Positions 54,820 to 58,333 of a DNA stretch of 58,333 nucleotides are shown here, piece after piece. The position numbers and the translations under genes are program-made. Location of the stretch: the NCBI GenBank assembly GCA_946407675.1, contig CAMJPK010000001.1, positions 1 to 58,333 on the forward strand, written 5' to 3'. The notes under the pieces were generated by a model, which worked only from the letters and a program-made list of their open reading frames with translations, was not told where the DNA came from and made no database searches. Every line of letters starts with the position of its first letter. Positions within the stretch are counted from its first letter, which is position 1. The stretch is from an uncultured Clostridia bacterium (GTDB lineage: Bacteria; Bacillota; Clostridia; Oscillospirales; Oscillospiraceae).

Positions 54820-54854
54820 GAAACGACCGGCTGCTATCAGCAGCCGGTCGTTTC
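54820..54854. terminator. Bidirectional hairpin between convergent clpE and the rrf2 gene
   Basis: 14-bp perfect stem gaaacgaccggctg / cagccggtcgtttc, 7-nt loop. Confidence 0.75.
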
Positions 54855-54864
54855 TATATGCGCT

Positions 54865-55263
54865 TTACCGAACAAGGTCGCTCAGCTTCTTGCCGTAAAA
54901 GTACTCGTGCGTCAGCCGGTCGTACTCCGCCCAGAGGGGCAGCGTCTGGCAGTCCGCGGCCCGGGGGCAGGGCGCCGCGCCGTCGTTCAGACACGCGACC
55001 GAGGCCAGCGGGCCTTCCGTACATTCAAGGATCTCCCCGATGGGGTAGTCCGCCGGCGCGCGGCACAGCTTATAGCCGCCGCCCTTGCCGCTGACGCCCG
55101 CGACGAGCTTTCCATCCACCAGCTCCTTGACGATGATCTCCAGATATTTTTTCGAGATGCCCTGCCGCGCGGCGATCTCCTTGAGCGGGATGCAGCCCGC
55201 GCCGTCGTGCTCGGCCAGGTCGATCATCACCCGCAGCGCATAGCGCCCCTTCGTCGATATCAT
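54865..55263 (-). CDS. Rrf2-family transcriptional regulator (IscR/CymR-like, three-Cys cluster ligands)
   Basis: MISTKGRYALRVMIDLA and a C-x(8)-C-x(5)-C pattern (SVACLNDGAAPCPRAADC). Divergent from nifS-nifU. Confidence 0.9.
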   Translation of the reverse strand: MISTKGRYALRVMIDLAEHDGAGCIPLKEIAARQGISKKYLEIIVKELVDGKLVAGVSGKGGGYKLCRAPADYPIGEILECTEGPLASVACLNDGAAPCPRAADCQTLPLWAEYDRLTHEYFYGKKLSDLVR

Positions 55264-55341
55264 TCGGATCGCCCCTTTTCTGCTTTTGCCTATTCTACCG
55301 CAGGGTGAATGGGAAAATCAAGCGTTTTTTCAAAAAACCTA

Positions 55342-55370
55342 TTGACACGATAGGCAAATAGGCGTAAAGT
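55342..55370 (+). promoter_or_regulatory. Promoter candidate for nifS-nifU, overlapped by a possible Rrf2 operator
   Basis: TTGACA, 17 nt, TAAAGT. The spacer contains ataggcaaa, the inverted partner of tttgcctat at 55286-55294. Confidence 0.5.
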
Positions 55371-55410
55371 AAGGGCGCAAGATACCAAGGGACCGAAAAG
55401 GGGAGACGCA

Positions 55411-56595
55411 ATGATCTACGCAGACAACGCGGCGACGACGAAGATGAGCCGCGCCGCGATCGACGCCATGACGGCGTGTATGGAACAGGAATACGGAAAC
55501 CCGTCCTCGCTCTACGCACTGGGGCAGCACGCGAAGGAGACGCTGGAGCGCGCCCGCGCGCAGGTCGCCGCCGTCATCGGCGCGCAGCCGGAGGAGATCT
55601 ATTTTACCTCCGGCGGCAGCGAGGCGGACAACCAGGCGCTGCGCTCCGCGGCGGAGGCGGGCCGGAAAAAGGGGAAAACGCACATCATCTCCACCGCCTT
55701 CGAGCATCACGCCGTGCTGCACACCCTGAAAAAGCTGGAGGCCGAGGGCTTTGACGTGACGCTGCTGCCCGTCCACACGGACGGCCTTGTCCGCGTGGAG
55801 GAGCTTGACGCGGCGCTGCGCGAGAGCACCTGCCTCGTATCGGTCATGACCGCCAACAACGAGATCGGTACGATCCAGCCCATCGCGGAGCTCGGCGCGC
55901 TGTGCCGTGCGCGCGGCGTCCCCTTCCATACCGACGCGGTGCAGGCGGTGGGCCATCTCCCCATCGACGTGGAGGCGCAGCACATCGACCTGCTCTCCGC
56001 CTCGGCCCACAAGTTCCACGGGCCGCGCGGCGTCGGCTTCCTCTATGCGAGAAAGGGGATCCGCCTCACGAACCTGATCGAGGGCGGCGCGCAGGAGCGC
56101 GGCAAGCGCGCGGGGACCGAAAACGTCGCGGGCATCGTGGGCATGGCGGCGGCGCTGGAAGCGTCGGCGGCGCACATGGAGGAGACCGCCGCGCGCCTCG
56201 TGCCGCTGCGCGACCGGCTGATCGCGGGGCTGCGGGAGATCCCGCACAGCGCGCTGAACGGCGACGCGGACCACCGGCTGCCCGGCAACGTGAACTTCTG
56301 CTTTGAGGGCATCGAGGGCGAATCGCTCCTGCTGCTGCTGGACGACCGGGGCATCTGCGCCTCCTCCGGCAGCGCCTGTACCTCCGGCTCGCTCGACCCC
56401 AGCCATGTGCTGCTGGCCATCGGCCGCGTGCACGACGTGGCGCACGGCTCCCTGCGGCTGACGCTGGGGGACGACGCCACCGCGGAGGACGTCGATACCA
56501 TCATTCAGAATGTGAAGGAAGTCGTCGAATATCTGCGCGGCTTTTCCCCGATCTGGCGGGATCTGCAAAGCGGAAAGAAACCGTTTATTCTGTAA
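55411..56595 (+). CDS. nifS: Cysteine desulfurase (NifS/IscS type)
   Basis: IYADNAATT, PLP-Lys context SASAHKFHGPRG, active-site SSGSACTSG. Confidence 0.95.
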   Translation: MIYADNAATTKMSRAAIDAMTACMEQEYGNPSSLYALGQHAKETLERARAQVAAVIGAQPEEIYFTSGGSEADNQALRSAAEAGRKKGKTHIISTAFEHHAVLHTLKKLEAEGFDVTLLPVHTDGLVRVEELDAALRESTCLVSVMTANNEIGTIQPIAELGALCRARGVPFHTDAVQAVGHLPIDVEAQHIDLLSASAHKFHGPRGVGFLYARKGIRLTNLIEGGAQERGKRAGTENVAGIVGMAAALEASAAHMEETAARLVPLRDRLIAGLREIPHSALNGDADHRLPGNVNFCFEGIEGESLLLLLDDRGICASSGSACTSGSLDPSHVLLAIGRVHDVAHGSLRLTLGDDATAEDVDTIIQNVKEVVEYLRGFSPIWRDLQSGKKPFIL

Positions 56596-56607
56596 GGAGA
56601 AAGCGAT

Positions 56608-57000
56608 ATGGCATTGTACAGTGAAAAAGTAATGGACCATTTCCGCAACCCGCGCAACGTCGGCGTCATCGAGGACGCGGACGGCGTCGGCGAGGTGGGC
56701 AACGCCAAGTGCGGCGATATTATGAAGATGTATCTGAAGATCGAGGACGACGTCGTGCAGGACGTGAAGTTCGAGACCTTCGGCTGCGGCAGCGCCATCG
56801 CGTCCAGCTCCATGGCGACGGAGCTCATCAAGGGCAAGCCGCTGTGCGAGGTGAAGCAGCTCACCAACAAGGCCGTGGCGGAGGCGCTGGACGGCCTGCC
56901 CGCCTACAAGATGCACTGCAGCGTGCTGGCGGAGGAGGCCATACAGTCCGCACTGGAGGACTATTACAGCCGCCACCCGGAGAAAAAGCCGGCGGAATGA
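56608..57000 (+). CDS. nifU: Fe-S cluster assembly scaffold (NifU N-terminal / IscU type)
   Basis: YSEKVMDHFRNPRNVG, GNAKCGD, FGCGSAIASSS, HCSVLAEEA. Confidence 0.95.
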   Translation: MALYSEKVMDHFRNPRNVGVIEDADGVGEVGNAKCGDIMKMYLKIEDDVVQDVKFETFGCGSAIASSSMATELIKGKPLCEVKQLTNKAVAEALDGLPAYKMHCSVLAEEAIQSALEDYYSRHPEKKPAE

Positions 57001-57109
57001 CAGCATAAACAAGCGAGAGCTTTTCTGTCCCCCTTCATGCGCAAGTCCCGGACTCCAAAAGAGCCCGGGGCTTGTGATTCCTTTATGCTTCGGCGACGGT
57101 ATGGCGTTC

Positions 57110-57553
57110 TTACCCGTTGGGCAGCGTCACGGTCATCACCTCGCCGGGCGCGATATCCCCGCCGGTGAGCACCTCCGCGAACACGCCCTCGTGCGGCATG
57201 ATGCAAGCGCCCACGCGGCGGAAAATCGCACAGTGGGAATGACATTCCTTGCCGATCTGCGTCAGGCGCAGCTTTGTGTGCGGCGTTGCAAAGATCGTTC
57301 CGAGGGGCAGCGTGCGAAAGTCGATGCCGGAGACCAGCAGGTTCTCCCCAAACGCGCCGTCGGTCACCTGCGCCCCGCGGCGGTTGAATTCCTCCACCTT
57401 TTCATACGACAATAAGCTGACCTGCCGGTGCCACGGCCCGGCGTGCGCGTCGCCGTCGAGCCCGTGCTGCGCGGTCAGATGTGCCGAGGGTACGGGGTGC
57501 TTTTCCGTCCCCTTTGCCTCGCTGATACAGACGGCCCGGATGATGCCCTGCAT
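57110..57553 (-). CDS. MOSC domain-containing protein
   Basis: 147 aa. QVSLLS...GAFGENLLVSGID...IGKECHSHC pattern. Start at the Met with 9-nt spacing from AAGGAG. Confidence 0.8.
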   Translation of the reverse strand: MQGIIRAVCISEAKGTEKHPVPSAHLTAQHGLDGDAHAGPWHRQVSLLSYEKVEEFNRRGAQVTDGAFGENLLVSGIDFRTLPLGTIFATPHTKLRLTQIGKECHSHCAIFRRVGACIMPHEGVFAEVLTGGDIAPGEVMTVTLPNG

Positions 57554-57719
57554 GCAACCCATCTCCTTTTCCTTCGATGGGGCGATTATACTCCTATTCA
57601 CCTACTATGTCAATGAACAAAGGGGGCGGCAGCAAACCTTCCGGTTGCAATCCCATGCCATCCTGATATAATAAATCATCATTTTATTTCACGCGTGCGC
57701 GCGAAGGGAGAAATGCGAA

Positions 57720-58333
57720 ATGACGATCCAGCAGCTTCGCTATGCGGTGACGATCTCCGAGACCGGCTCCATGAACAGGGCGTCGGAGATCCTGTATGTC
57801 GCGCAGCCCTCGCTGACCTCCGCCGTGCAGGAGCTGGAGCGCGAGCTGGGCATCACGGTGTTTTCCCGCAGCGGCCGGGGCGTCACGCTGACGAATGACG
57901 GCGTCGAGTTCGTCCGCTACGCGCGCGAGGTGCTCAGCCAGTACGACGGGCTTCTGGAGAAGTTCGGGAAGAACGGGACGAGGAAGCAGAAGTTCGGCAT
58001 CTCCACCCAGCACTATTCCTTCGCCGTGAAGTGCTTTGTGGAGATGGTGCGGCAGTTCGGCACGGAGGAATACGAGTTCGCCATCCGCGAAACGCGGACG
58101 CGCGACGTGATCGACGACGTGTTCACGGGGAAAAGCGAGCTTGGCATCCTGTATTTCAGCGACTTCAACCGCAAGCCGCTGGAAAAGCTGCTGCACGCCA
58201 ACGCGCTGGAATTCCACCCGCTGACGCAGTGCGAGGCCTACGTCTATCTTTGGCGCGGCCATCCGCTCGCGCAGCGGCGCGTGATCCGCTTTGCCGATCT
58301 GGAGCCCTATCCCTGCCTCTCCTTCGAGCAGGG
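57720..58333 (+). CDS. LysR-family transcriptional regulator, N-terminal about 204 aa; the 3' end lies beyond the window
   Basis: Absent from the ORF track because it has no stop in the window. My translation from ATG 57720 gives MTIQQLRYAVTISETGSMNRASEILYVAQPSLTSAVQELERELGITVFSRSGRGVTLT, a canonical LysR HTH. RBS agggag. Confidence 0.88.
   Translation, partial: MTIQQLRYAVTISETGSMNRASEILYVAQPSLTSAVQELERELGITVFSRSGRGVTLTNDGVEFVRYAREVLSQYDGLLEKFGKNGTRKQKFGISTQHYSFAVKCFVEMVRQFGTEEYEFAIRETRTRDVIDDVFTGKSELGILYFSDFNRKPLEKLLHANALEFHPLTQCEAYVYLWRGHPLAQRRVIRFADLEPYPCLSFEQ

Overview
High-G+C chromosomal segment. Gene content points to an anaerobic Firmicute of the Clostridia, Oscillospiraceae/Ruminococcaceae-like: ecfA1-ecfA2-ecfT-truA, hemZ, a BofC-like protein, pta, nifS-nifU, a ProRS that looks like the archaeal/eukaryote-like architecture, and pyruvate carboxylase. 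I call 56 protein-coding genes, two of them cut by the window edges. I found no rRNA, tRNA, CRISPR array, transposase or integrase. Most of the window is housekeeping backbone, and most long ORFs antisense to these genes are high-GC artefacts. Items worth a second look: (1) At the left end, two paralogous glycyl radical enzymes with an unusual G-C-L-D thiyl-radical loop flank a DUF4125-like protein with a C-terminal CCCC tail and a complete TctB-TctA-TctC transporter; no activase is visible. This is my best candidate for an undescribed anaerobic carboxylate-processing system. (2) A dispersed double-hairpin intergenic repeat family occurs at 5 loci, one of which supplies the stop codon of alaX. 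(3) A roughly 1-kb lower-GC two-gene insertion (HExxH protein plus DUF559 endonuclease) splits the normally contiguous ecfT-truA junction and is bracketed by repeat-derived inverted repeats. (4) A roughly 200-nt rod-like structured RNA candidate with its own promoter and terminators lies upstream of an apparently leaderless hemZ. (5) A roughly 420-bp non-coding array of perfect palindromes lies upstream of a decayed SLH gene that has an in-frame TGA at codon 3. (6) Two circularly permuted family-3 solute-binding lipoproteins are present, one in an amino-acid ABC operon translationally coupled to a DapF-fold racemase-like protein. (7) A three-box DnaA-box cluster sits beside an AT-rich tandem-repeat island. 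(8) A tightly coupled mobB / secreted 480-aa protein / acidic lipoprotein operon has no recognisable domains in its exported members. All product calls come from motif and family recognition by eye. No database search was run.
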